Positions 54,947 to 63,920 of a DNA stretch of 64,000 bases are shown piece after piece; position 1 is the stretch's first letter, and each line of letters begins with the position of its first letter. This DNA comes from a virus. A program made the translations under genes and the position numbers. Location: IMG/VR virus record IMGVR_UViG_3300032046_000014, positions 1 to 64,000 of that record. One strand, given 5' to 3'. The notes under the pieces were generated by a model that searched no databases, was not told the DNA's origin, and worked only from the letters and a program-made list of their open reading frames with translations.

Positions 54947-56871
54947 CTTTTCTTCTTCGGGATTGAAGCGGTCGGGTTCAGGATGCCCGGTGTTGCAGTG
55001 GTGACGGGAGAGTCTTCTTTAGCAAGGATCGGTTCCGTTGTTGTTTCTTGCAGTTTTGGGTTAACGAAGCTTGTTTTCTGGGGGCCATGATACCATTGTT
55101 CTTTATCTTTCCAGAAGGCGCCGCAGAAATCTTCAGGGTCTTTCACCCAGCCTTTAACCCGGACCTTGCAGGCTTCCATGAAAGGATCTATAGAGGAACT
55201 TGACTTCGAAAGCAATATTAGATCATCTATCATGGATTTGTTGTAGTTTTCAGCTTGTTGCCCCGCAGGTTTCGGCGCGAAGCGTCCGGTTCTTTCTCGA
55301 ATTTCGCCGGTGGCTTCAGATTCGATGCCAATTTTCTCGGGCGGTGATGGCGTACTCTTTTTACCTTGTTCTGTAAGTTCTCCTTCTCCAGAAACTTCCA
55401 GTTCCCCTCTTTCGTTGAGGCGAACATCAAAACCTGCTTTCAGCCAAGTGAAGGCAGTGTTTGCTTTGATTTGGCCAATCTCGGTGAGCCGCAGTTCATC
55501 TCGAAGTTCCAGCGTGTTAAACCTGAATTTCCAGTCTGTAATGTTGAAGGCTGGAAACACACGGTTGTTCATTATGTCCTCGCGGTTCTTGTGATGCTCG
55601 CGTATGGCACGGTCTTGGACTGTGACCTGCATCATAGGTGTGGTGCCTGCTTTGCCTGATTCTATGTCGCCTGTGAAGACTGGCTGGGCCGAGTACACGG
55701 CGCCGCAGGCTGCTCTCCAGAACTTGTAGAATTCGATGCTTTGCATGCGTTTGAAGTCTTCCATGACTCGAGTGACTTTGATGGGGTCTTTGCTAGCTAT
55801 CATCATAGTGCGGACTTTCTTGCTTGTCCGGAATCTGCGGAGCACGGGGTCGTAGACTCGTTTGCGCAAGGCTTCCTGCTCAAACTGATCCATGATCTCG
55901 TTGACTTCTTCCTGTTCGTGGCCTGGAAAATTGACGATGCTGCCCAGTTTTCCTTCAGTATAGAGTTCTATGTTGAAGTCATCCATTGCCTGTATGCTGA
56001 GCAGGATTTTCCAGAGGCAGATGATTCTGCTTTCACCATACAAATTCGGTACCCAGCGGTCACTGCTGCCGTGGATAACTTCGTCTTTGGTGAATCTTGC
56101 TTTGACAGCTCCGCCCACACGCTGCACGTATGCTGTTTTCTGCAATGGTTTGCCGCAGACTAGACAGGTAACTGTTGGAGGCGCATAGACAAAATCTGGT
56201 TTCCAGCATTCTGGACAGAAAAGCTGGTTAGGATCTCCGATGTGGCCTTTATCATCGGCAACAACACGGAAGTATCGCGGGTCTTCCACGTTAAGTTCAG
56301 CCGGGATCTTGAGTAGTTCACTGGCTTTCTCGGGTTCGGGGTTGATCACATACTTGTAGCTGATAGTCATGAAATAGTTGTCCAAGCTCAGGTCATACAT
56401 CAGCGTGCTCTTCAAGAGTTCATAGAAGGTGTTTTCCTCATTTGGTTTCGTCAGCAGTTCCAGGGCTCTTTGCTCCTGTTCCGTGTCAGGAGGCACGAGT
56501 GATTCTTTGTCCTTTGGACATTTGTTGTCAGGCGGCGGATCCTTGAATTCCTTCTTGCATTTTGGACATTTGCCGATGAAAGCAGGTTCTAAACGCCAGC
56601 CGGGACTCATGGTTTCACGGATGATTGTGCCGAAAACATTCTTCAAAACCCAGTGAGTGCGCGCGATCAGCATGAGCTCTTCGAAGTTGTAGATAGGCTC
56701 ACGTATCTTGTAGCTAGGTTCCCATATGTATTCCGGAATTACTGTACGGTCAGCTTTGCGGATTTCCTTTTCAAACTCGGTCAACGGCGCAGTTGCCTTG
56801 ACCATTACTTCGGCTTTTTCAACAATGTTTTCCCATGGCATTATTTTTTGCTCCTTTTGATGTTGCTGCAT
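54889..56871 (-). CDS. portal protein with Zn-ribbon insertions
   Basis: LLTKPNEE.TF, DEVIH, LYGES; position after terminase; start may be 56841/56838. Confidence 0.85.
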   Translation of the reverse strand: MQQHQKEQKIMPWENIVEKAEVMVKATAPLTEFEKEIRKADRTVIPEYIWEPSYKIREPIYNFEELMLIARTHWVLKNVFGTIIRETMSPGWRLEPAFIGKCPKCKKEFKDPPPDNKCPKDKESLVPPDTEQEQRALELLTKPNEENTFYELLKSTLMYDLSLDNYFMTISYKYVINPEPEKASELLKIPAELNVEDPRYFRVVADDKGHIGDPNQLFCPECWKPDFVYAPPTVTCLVCGKPLQKTAYVQRVGGAVKARFTKDEVIHGSSDRWVPNLYGESRIICLWKILLSIQAMDDFNIELYTEGKLGSIVNFPGHEQEEVNEIMDQFEQEALRKRVYDPVLRRFRTSKKVRTMMIASKDPIKVTRVMEDFKRMQSIEFYKFWRAACGAVYSAQPVFTGDIESGKAGTTPMMQVTVQDRAIREHHKNREDIMNNRVFPAFNITDWKFRFNTLELRDELRLTEIGQIKANTAFTWLKAGFDVRLNERGELEVSGEGELTEQGKKSTPSPPEKIGIESEATGEIRERTGRFAPKPAGQQAENYNKSMIDDLILLSKSSSSIDPFMEACKVRVKGWVKDPEDFCGAFWKDKEQWYHGPQKTSFVNPKLQETTTEPILAKEDSPVTTATPGILNPTASIPKKKRWVDPTKQRVNKEDLSRRA

Positions 56872-56938
56872 GTAACGCAGCCTAACCCGTATTCACTGCA
56901 TTTTCTGCAGAGGTCACGGTTAATCACCTGGCGTTTCA

Positions 56939-57127
56939 TCATGGTTCCTTCTTTTCCCTTACTATGCGAACTTCCTGAAGCTTGATTGTCTTGGTAATAT
57001 CGACGCCGTTGACAAGTATGTGAAGTTCCTTTATGTTGCAGTCTAAAGTCATGCCGAGCGCTTTCACTTCACTGTCATTGGCGCCGGGAACGCTTGGAGC
57101 TTTAGCTTTGAAAAGTTCTTCTTCCAA
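56939..57127 (-). CDS. hypothetical protein
   Basis: AGGTGA RBS; in operon. Confidence 0.5.
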   Translation of the reverse strand: MEEELFKAKAPSVPGANDSEVKALGMTLDCNIKELHILVNGVDITKTIKLQEVRIVREKKEP

Positions 57128-57138
57128 TCGTCATCACC

Positions 57139-57432
57139 TCATGTTTTGAATGCTTCCTGGATGGCCAGCATCATCCGCTCGTTCGCTGCTTGCTGGCGAG
57201 AATCCAGCCCTGTTGGTTTCCTGTTGACGACATGGACCGTTCCGCAGGCTGGACATTTTTTTTCCCATTCACCACCGATGTCTTTAACGGCGACCTTAAG
57301 CAGACAACCGCAGCTTCCGCAACGGAATCGGACAGTTCTACCTTGTTGGACGAATGGGTTCAAACCTCTTGTAGGCTCTACAGCCTTACGGTATCGAAGG
57401 TCTTTTCCTGCTGGTTTTCGGTCAAAACTCAT
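57139..57432 (-). CDS. Zn-ribbon protein
   Basis: RCGSCG...KCPACG; ATGA overlap start. Confidence 0.6.
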   Translation of the reverse strand: MSFDRKPAGKDLRYRKAVEPTRGLNPFVQQGRTVRFRCGSCGCLLKVAVKDIGGEWEKKCPACGTVHVVNRKPTGLDSRQQAANERMMLAIQEAFKT

Positions 57433-57641
57433 GCTTTCGTCTCCAAAGCTTTTTTGAGGCCAAATGGCGTGAGCCAAATTACTTTACGGCCGAACTCATC
57501 GACGCCTGTTTTGCAATAGCCATTCGCTTCCAAGCTTGTTAGAACTTTGGCAGAGCCTGGATCTCGAAGATTCTGCAGCCAGTTTTGCAGTTTATCCTTT
57601 CGGGTTTGTTTCAGTCCACTACTCATACTCTCAATCTCCAT
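57429..57641 (-). CDS. small wHTH-like protein
   Basis: LTSLEANGY...WLTPFG. Confidence 0.5.
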   Translation of the reverse strand: MEIESMSSGLKQTRKDKLQNWLQNLRDPGSAKVLTSLEANGYCKTGVDEFGRKVIWLTPFGLKKALETKA

Positions 57642-58276
57642 GTACAGAACCAGGCAAGGTTGCTGTTGTCAGCAGTAACGCCGTCGAAAGAATCTATCAA
57701 TATGTAGTTACTGTTGAGGAGCTGGCGAAATTCTTTCCGACCCATCGTTAAAACGTGACTTGCAGTCCAGCCCTTCCAATCTTGCCCTTCTTCATTAATT
57801 GGGATTTGGAAGGCTAGGTACTTCACTCTGGCTTCTGCCACATAATTCATGAGGTACATCACTTCCTCATCGTTGAAGTGTTCCAGCGTTTCTGAAGCTA
57901 TGAGTAGGTCGTACTTTTGCAGGGGAACTCGTTCCACCCATAGGGGCAGGGTTAAAACGTGTTCTCTGTAGGTCTGGGGCAAGCCCTGCATTGGATTGTG
58001 CTGGATAATTTCAATGTTAAGCCACGACTTGCATCCTACGCTGCAGCTTACGGCTTGGGCAAGTTCGCCTTGGTAGCCGCCGATTTCCACGATGTCCAGC
58101 AGAGGCTTCTTCAATTCTTCACTGGCGGTTCGAACAGCGTTGCAGAAGAATTCCTGTCTGAAATGCAGTTGTTCAGGAAATATGTGGTACCAAGTCAGGT
58201 TCAGCATTTTCAAATCGTTGAAGCTGAGGCTACTGTATTGCTGACGGTACTCTTCGAAGTTTCGAGGCAACGTCAT
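57623..58276 (-). CDS. class I SAM-dependent methyltransferase
   Basis: IVEIGGYQGELA, YDLLIASETLEHF. Confidence 0.75.
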   Translation of the reverse strand: MTLPRNFEEYRQQYSSLSFNDLKMLNLTWYHIFPEQLHFRQEFFCNAVRTASEELKKPLLDIVEIGGYQGELAQAVSCSVGCKSWLNIEIIQHNPMQGLPQTYREHVLTLPLWVERVPLQKYDLLIASETLEHFNDEEVMYLMNYVAEARVKYLAFQIPINEEGQDWKGWTASHVLTMGRKEFRQLLNSNYILIDSFDGVTADNSNLAWFCTWRLRV

Positions 58277-58472
58277 CGTTCCAGACTCCTGACAGCCAAT
58301 TTCACAGACAGCCTGTTTTTGTCAAACATGATTTTATATATGATTCCGTTGCTCGAATTCCAGTTTGCGTCAATAATCTTGCCTATTTTCAGGCCCGCAT
58401 CATCAAGAATGGGCTTTCCAGTCATGGACAAGGCGAATTCTTCAAGTTCTTTCTGCATCATCTTATGCGCAA

Positions 58473-59969
58473 TCAAAAGTCTACACTCCTGATAGCCAAT
58501 TTCACAGGCGGCTTCAATATGCTTCGCAGCATGAGCCCACAACTCTTGGGATAGTCATCATGCTTATCGTAGCCTTCCGGCGCGGCCAAATGCAGCATGT
58601 TGCCCTTCCAGAGCATGTTCAGGTCTAGGAATTCTCTGATAAACCTGTCTCGTTGGCGACGCTGGCGTCTGGCAATTGCTTCATTGATACTGGGAAAATC
58701 TATGAGTTTCTTTCTGAAGCAGTTAAGCATGAGTTTGCTTGTGATGTCTTCTTCGCGTATCTCGTTTGTTCGGATGCCCTGGATGTCCAGGCGAGCTCCG
58801 CCGCCGGGCAGATTACGCCATTCTTTGCGGAAGTAATCCAGCACAGGATCTCCGACGCCGGCACTGTCTATGCAGATCTGCCGCGCGCCCAGTTCCAGGC
58901 ATCGTTGAGCTACATGCTGGCTTTGCACTGGATAGTCTGTGCCTTCAAACTCCATCCATTCCAGAATATGGGCCATGTCACCTTCACCATAGCCGAAGGT
59001 GATGACGCTGCGGTCGCTTTGTTTTGCCACATCCCAGCCAGCATAAATGTTGAACACTGGCTTTCCATCAACCATCGGTACTACGAGAGGCTGTTTCCTG
59101 CTCATGTCCTGCAACGTTTCCAGTGTGGTGAATTTGTCAATGCCTAAAGCCCATTGCAGCTCGTACTGAGTTCGGAACCCGATGCTTTCCGGACCCAGTC
59201 TTTCACGTTCATTCTCCACGAATAGAGCGTATCGTTTGTTCCATCGGCTTGCTTCGTGGCAGTCGACACGTGTAATATTGCTGCGGTCTTCCCGTTTGGT
59301 ACAGGCATCATAGAAGTAGCTGTTGATAACCACGTTTTTCGGTGTGCCATCCAAGATGCGCGCTCCACCTACAGCAGCGCTCATGGGGAATACTTCCTGC
59401 GTCATCTTCAACGGGTCCACATCTTCGCTTTGTTCGATGACAATGAGGTTCAATGTTTCGCTGGTTACATTGCTTTTTTCTCCTATGCTTAGGCAGCGGA
59501 TGCGGGCATCAACGTTTTCAGCAATGTTCCGTATAACGAAAAGTTCGCTATATACTGAATCTCCGGTTATTAGTCTAAGGCCAAGCATATCGAGTAACAG
59601 TTTGATCCGCATATATCTGCGTCTGAGACGTTCCTTTACAACCAGGATTGACTGGCTTGCAGCAGGAGCGAACACGCCAATGCGCACGTGCTGCTTCAAA
59701 ATTTTCGTGAAGAAGATGCTGAGCGTGAGGAAGCTTATGCATACCGCCTCTGTTTTGCCACTTTGCCGGCACTGCAGTATGAAGAGTTCTTCTCCTTTCG
59801 CGTTCAAAGTCACACGCATGATGTCATCGCTAACCCTCGTCTCATAAGGGTAAAGTCCTTCTGGCAAGTCTTCTTTGAGAGCGGCGACGATGATCTTTCG
59901 TAATGCACGACAAATATCCAAGGAACTATGACCGTTATTACTGGTTAGAAGTTCCTGGAGTTGATTCAT
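58473..59969 (-). CDS. terL: terminase large subunit
   Basis: CRQSGKT Walker A, LIVIEQ Walker B, GTP, AGWDVAK..D, IDSAGVGD, HDDYP. Confidence 0.9.
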   Translation of the reverse strand: MNQLQELLTSNNGHSSLDICRALRKIIVAALKEDLPEGLYPYETRVSDDIMRVTLNAKGEELFILQCRQSGKTEAVCISFLTLSIFFTKILKQHVRIGVFAPAASQSILVVKERLRRRYMRIKLLLDMLGLRLITGDSVYSELFVIRNIAENVDARIRCLSIGEKSNVTSETLNLIVIEQSEDVDPLKMTQEVFPMSAAVGGARILDGTPKNVVINSYFYDACTKREDRSNITRVDCHEASRWNKRYALFVENERERLGPESIGFRTQYELQWALGIDKFTTLETLQDMSRKQPLVVPMVDGKPVFNIYAGWDVAKQSDRSVITFGYGEGDMAHILEWMEFEGTDYPVQSQHVAQRCLELGARQICIDSAGVGDPVLDYFRKEWRNLPGGGARLDIQGIRTNEIREEDITSKLMLNCFRKKLIDFPSINEAIARRQRRQRDRFIREFLDLNMLWKGNMLHLAAPEGYDKHDDYPKSCGLMLRSILKPPVKLAIRSVDF

Positions 59970-60507
59970 TTTCCTTCTGCTCGTTCTGACCCATTACTCT
60001 TTCAAGCAGTTCTCTGAGAGCTTCATCGCTCATGCCCTTCGAAACATCGCCACTGCTTATTCGTGCCCGTAGGCCCAAGTCCATTTCTATTCCAAGTATA
60101 CTCTTCAAGATATCTCCGAGAGTGGCTACGCCCTTATCGACAATGCCGCTCATCGTGTTTTTGTCTTCTTCCAGCTTCAAGCCTATGCTCAAACGCTTCA
60201 TCTGTAACTGAACAAGCTTATACAATTCTAGCAGCGCATCAATCTTCTCTTTCGCGCCGAGCACTGCTTTAGCATAATGCGTGTCTTTTAGAGCAGTTAT
60301 GACTCCTAAAACATTTCTGCGATAATCACTGACGCAGTGGGTGCCAATATTCTTGTGCCTCTCCTGTTTCAGCCAGCCGCTGATCTGCACTGAACTCTGG
60401 CCATTAACAATCTTTTGTTCAATTTCGTCTCGCAAGTCAGGGTTGAGATACTCGATTTTGCTCTTCTTCTGCAGCCTTTTCTTTTTCTCTGTAACCTGTT
60501 CAGTCAC
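59938..60507 (-). CDS. terminase small subunit-like protein
   Basis: N-terminal HTH and helical body, directly upstream of terL. Confidence 0.65.
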   Translation of the reverse strand: MTEQVTEKKKRLQKKSKIEYLNPDLRDEIEQKIVNGQSSVQISGWLKQERHKNIGTHCVSDYRRNVLGVITALKDTHYAKAVLGAKEKIDALLELYKLVQLQMKRLSIGLKLEEDKNTMSGIVDKGVATLGDILKSILGIEMDLGLRARISSGDVSKGMSDEALRELLERVMGQNEQKENESTPGTSNQ

Positions 60508-60605
60508 TCAGAAATCGCCTACACCTGTACTAATCGAGTTTTCAGTGTTAAAACGTTTACGCTCAACCAAACAGCAGAGAACACGTTAGAACCGAAAAGT
60601 TTACG

Positions 60606-60717
60606 CAGCTGACGACATGCCGGCATAGGGCTCCTGCAATCTTATGGGGAAGGGTCCCTTCGGAGAGAGACAGTGTCTCCCCAGACCGCGCGGAGCCCCT
60701 AGCCGAGCATGGCGCTG
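60606..60717 (-). ncRNA. long GC-rich hairpin upstream of terminase operon
   Basis: CATGC..GGC.TAGGGGCTCC pairs with GGAGCCCTA.GCCG.GCATG; TTTTATAT near 60780. Confidence 0.5.
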
Positions 60718-60961
60718 TTCTTTGTTGGTGGTTGATGCGCGGTTGTGAACGCGCAAAGTATACTAGATCAGGGAAAATATAAAAGAGTTTCGTAAATAGC
60801 AAGGAATAAAAGGCAGAGAGAAAATAGGATTCGGCTTGAGGGGACTGCTGTTGGGTGCAAGCACTTTTCTCTTCTCCTTTCAGATGTCAGAATTGAAATC
60901 CTTGTTCGGCAGCAGCAGGTCCCCGGCAATATCATAATGAAAAGGGAGTTGTTCTTCCAAA

Positions 60962-61342
60962 TTGGCTTTTCGAGAGCGCATGCATCCGACTGTGAGCAAT
61001 GCTGAATGGGACGTGAGAATCGACCTTACTCTTCTGCGAGATCGTCTTGAGAAAGCAAGCGTGCACATGGAATACCAAAAGCAGATTGTGTTGGATGCAA
61101 CAACCATGGATGCCTACGCTGAACTTTCTAACGGGGAGAAACACTGCTTCCTCCTAGATGGACCTGTACACTTGAAAAGCGAGAAGGTCAAGTTACGCGA
61201 TGAGTATGTGGAGCAAGTGCTGCAGAAAAGACACTACAAGATCCACCGATATCCTTACGTACCGCCACTGAGCAAAGAGAAACTTGCGGAGATCGAGGCA
61301 GACATCCTTAAGGCTTTAGGGGTCAAGATGAAGAATGAATGA
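60962..61342 (+). CDS. DUF559/Vsr-like endonuclease-fold protein
   Basis: SNAE...DA...LLDGPVH...RDE...L...YKIHR. Confidence 0.65.
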   Translation: MAFRERMHPTVSNAEWDVRIDLTLLRDRLEKASVHMEYQKQIVLDATTMDAYAELSNGEKHCFLLDGPVHLKSEKVKLRDEYVEQVLQKRHYKIHRYPYVPPLSKEKLAEIEADILKALGVKMKNE

Positions 61343-61490
61343 AGAAAAATTAAGAGAACTTCGATTGAGAACAGGCAGACAATGGGCCTGGTACTTCTAT
61401 CAAGAACTTGGTTATCGAATAACTGAAGATTTTGAGCAGGAAGAATCGCTGAAGAAAGCAATAGCCAAAATCCTAGATGGGACATGTTGA
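61335..61490 (+). CDS. 51-aa hypothetical protein (not in ORF track)
   Basis: MNEEKLRELRL...ILDGTC* fills the gap with overlaps. Confidence 0.45.
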   Translation: MNEEKLRELRLRTGRQWAWYFYQELGYRITEDFEQEESLKKAIAKILDGTC

Positions 61491-62374
61491 ATGTTATGAG
61501 TGTTTGGCTAACCGTATCGCCGGAGGATCCGTACCTACAAACAATCGCTGTAGAATTCACTAATTATTGTAATCTGCAGTGTGACCCTTGTTATGGACAA
61601 AATCCGAGACTCTATAAGGCCAGATCTAAAGGTTACATGACACTTGAAAATTTCCGCGTTTTGCTGGAACAATTAAAGAGGCTGCCAAGACTGAGAATTC
61701 TGAACCTCAGCTACAATGGCGAATCATTGCTGCATCCGCAGTTTGAACTGATGGCTCAAGAGGCAAGGGCAGTTCTGCCTAACATGATGATAGGGATTGT
61801 TACAAACGCAACTTTGATTACACGGTCGAAAGCTTTTGCCATTCTTAAGAACTGCAGCAGTATAATTGTCAGCATGCACCATGGCCCTAAGCTTGATGAA
61901 GCCTTAGACGGCCTCGAGACCCTTTCAACTATCAATCAGCAGGCCAAGAACCCGCGCAGCCTATTCGTTAACGTGATGGCTGACGAGTTCAAACATCATG
62001 AAATCATAGCGTTGGCTGATCGAGTGAAGGAAAGGAAGATTGTTGTGCAGTTTAGGCGAGGGTGGCCGATGACGGAAGACTTGAAAAGGCCAATGCAACA
62101 TCCGCAAACTACTACCACATGGACAGATGTTCCCGCGCCTTTTCACTCAGACAAATTCTGTCTGGCGCCCTTCTATTACACGGCGGTCCTCTGGAACGGC
62201 GACACGTTGCCGTGCTGTCACATATTAAACGGCGGCGACTTCAGTTTAGGCAACGTCTTCAACACCAGCCTTCTTGACGTTTGGAACGGCCAAGCCTATG
62301 GAAGACTACGGAACGAAAACTACGAGTCATCATGTCCTTGCGTTGCATGTGAAGTTCGTGAGCTTCCGGTTTAG
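61484..62374 (+). CDS. radical SAM / SPASM-domain protein
   Basis: EFTNYCNLQCDPC, GESLLHP, TNATL, C..PF...WNGD..PCC, LGNV, C..C. Confidence 0.9.
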   Translation: MLNVMSVWLTVSPEDPYLQTIAVEFTNYCNLQCDPCYGQNPRLYKARSKGYMTLENFRVLLEQLKRLPRLRILNLSYNGESLLHPQFELMAQEARAVLPNMMIGIVTNATLITRSKAFAILKNCSSIIVSMHHGPKLDEALDGLETLSTINQQAKNPRSLFVNVMADEFKHHEIIALADRVKERKIVVQFRRGWPMTEDLKRPMQHPQTTTTWTDVPAPFHSDKFCLAPFYYTAVLWNGDTLPCCHILNGGDFSLGNVFNTSLLDVWNGQAYGRLRNENYESSCPCVACEVRELPV

Positions 62375-62379
62375 CGCTC

Positions 62380-62511
62380 ATCGTATCACACATCATATTG
62401 CTTATCATATCGCAAATCGTATCACACATCATATTGCTTATCATATCGCAAATCATATAGTGTACTATATGGCGTAGGATATGGCGTAGGATAAGGTGTA
62501 TCGTATGCGAG
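62380..62511. repeat. 12-bp-period array including a perfect 36-bp duplication
   Basis: (atcgtatcacac atcatattgctt atcatatcgcaa)x2 plus five degenerate units. Confidence 0.8.
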
Positions 62512-62921
62512 AGGAACTGGAAAAGTTTCATGGGGAAAGACGCCGCTTCCAAGGAGAATTCATACGTTACGGCCAGAAAAGAGGATGGAAACATCCTCTC
62601 ACTACAATAGTTCTCAGAAACGTCATCGACGTCAAGACCGGCAGAATAGTCACGGACCATCTGTGGTTTACGCAGGGCAAGCAGTTCGAACGGCTTTATC
62701 TTGAACCGGGGGACATAGTAAGTTTTACGGCTCGAGTGACAAAGTATCTGAAAGGCTACCAGGGACGAAGAGACGAATATGATGACCGGCCTCCCGTAGA
62801 AATTGATTGTCGCCTCAGTTACCCAGCCAAACTTGAGAAGAAAACTACTGAAACTGCACATAATAGTACAGTACAAAATGGGACCCGAACAACAGTTCTT
62901 ACGCGCTGGACAAGCCCATAA
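62496..62921 (+). CDS. OB-fold-like phage hypothetical protein
   Basis: TDHLWFT...LEPGDIVSFTARV..Y.KGY. Confidence 0.65.
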   Translation: MYRMREELEKFHGERRRFQGEFIRYGQKRGWKHPLTTIVLRNVIDVKTGRIVTDHLWFTQGKQFERLYLEPGDIVSFTARVTKYLKGYQGRRDEYDDRPPVEIDCRLSYPAKLEKKTTETAHNSTVQNGTRTTVLTRWTSP

Positions 62922-62953
62922 AATATAAAAGAAAGCTGAGAATACATACTTCT

Positions 62954-63277
62954 GAGGCTGGTGTCCTTTAGCAGACTAGGCCAAGGCAGCTTCGTTCAAG
63001 CTGCTACGTTCCCGCTCCTAGGCGGGAACTAAGAACCTGCGGCGAAGGAGGTTCAAAGCACCGAGTTTTACGGTGCTAAAAGACCATTTGATCAGGTCTT
63101 GTAAGGCGCTCGGCACCCGAAGACGAAATCGGCTTCATAACCGAGGGTCGTCAGGGAGTCCCAGAGAGCCAGCCAGTTAGGTACCCAAAATTCGCTTTAG
63201 GCACCTAATCAGAGTTTAGGTACCGAACTGGTGTGTCTGGAGAAGGTATGAAGCTTAAGGGCTACAGCCTCCCTGAC
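62954..63277 (+). ncRNA. candidate large structured ncRNA (~320 nt)
   Basis: terminal stem GAGGCTG/CAGCCTC, five consecutive hairpins, TATAAAA about 25-30 nt upstream, no ORF. Confidence 0.65.
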
Positions 63278-63317
63278 TGAACTGAATTGAACTGCCATTG
63301 ACACAACAATGCCATAA

Positions 63318-63442
63318 ACAGGGGTGGTGTAGTCAGGCTATCGCGCTGGGTCCATAAGGCTATGGTCTGGCAAGCCCAGAGATCAGAGGTTCAAAAATGC
63401 ATAAGAAAAGCTTATGTGTTGAAAGTCCTCTCCCCTGTACCA
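63318..63442 (+). tRNA. tRNA-Met(CAT), initiator-like, with two BHB introns (63357..63373 at 37/38; 63396..63425 at 59/60)
   Basis: ACAGGGG/CCCCTGT acceptor (A1:U72), CTGGG/CCCAG anticodon stem, spliced T-loop TTCAAAT, encoded CCA. Confidence 0.8.
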
Positions 63443-63490
63443 CTATTTCATTAAATTGAATTTGCTTATAAGTAGTTCAATTTTATGAAA

Positions 63491-63565
63491 TGGCGGTCTG
63501 TGCGGGAGTTGAACCCGCCTCAGTCGAGTGACAGTCGACCATCCGCACCGGCGGACTTACAAACC
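63491..63565 (-). tRNA. tRNA-Asp(GTC)
   Basis: GTCGA-CTGTCAC-TCGAC arm, GCGGG-TTCAACT-CCCGC, encoded CCA. Confidence 0.85.
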
Positions 63566-63571
63566 TTGATG

Positions 63572-63642
63572 TGCACCCGCCGGGATTTGAACCCGGCCGT
63601 CAGCGTGGAAAGCTGAGATCCTAGCCACTGGACCACGAGTGC
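63572..63642 (-). tRNA. tRNA-Gly(TCC)
   Basis: GCACTCG/CGGGTGC acceptor, TCAGC-TTTCCAC-GCTGA, TTCAAAT. Confidence 0.9.
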
Positions 63643-63654
63643 GATGATCCTGTT

Positions 63655-63816
63655 TGGTGCAGAGGACCGGATTTGAACCGGCGCGTCCGCCTTGCGGAAA
63701 GAGGTTTCTCACAGGCTGAACAGTCGTTCCTAACCGTCCTTAGCTTCGAGCTTACGACTTGAGCTTCGAGCTGGGTCTTAAGCCTCTCGCTTTCAGCCAT
63801 GCTTGGCTACCCCTGC
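63655..63816 (-). tRNA. tRNA-Leu(TAA) with 71-nt intron at 37/38 (63706..63776)
   Basis: AGAGG-CTTAAG^...TGAGAA^A-CCTCT; long variable arm; encoded CCA. Confidence 0.85.
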
Positions 63817-63844
63817 ATTAACGGATGGTACTGATAGATCGTAC

Positions 63845-63920
63845 TGGTGGAAGCTGTGGGATTCGAACCCACGGCCTACTGCTTGCAAAGCAGCTGCTCA
63901 TTCCGCTGAGCTAAGCCCCC
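63845..63920 (-). tRNA. tRNA-Ala(TGC)
   Basis: GGGGGCT/AGCTTCC with G3:U70, TTTGCAA loop, TTCGAAT, encoded CCA. Confidence 0.9.

Noticed and set aside
58273-58542. ORF overlapping the terL 3' end
   Set aside because: Probably a real short gene with a later start, but neither start nor function could be supported.
62380-62511. CRISPR array
   Set aside because: Repeats are contiguous with no unique spacers, and no cas genes are present.
62954-63277. RNase P or SRP RNA
   Set aside because: I could not find the RNase P GAGGAAAGUCC motif or the SRP helix-8 motif.
63318-63920. tRNA cluster as a host attachment site marking a provirus end
   Set aside because: No integrase or duplicated tRNA 3' end is visible. 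Dense, divergent, CCA-encoding tRNAs look virus-borne, but this cannot be settled from this window.
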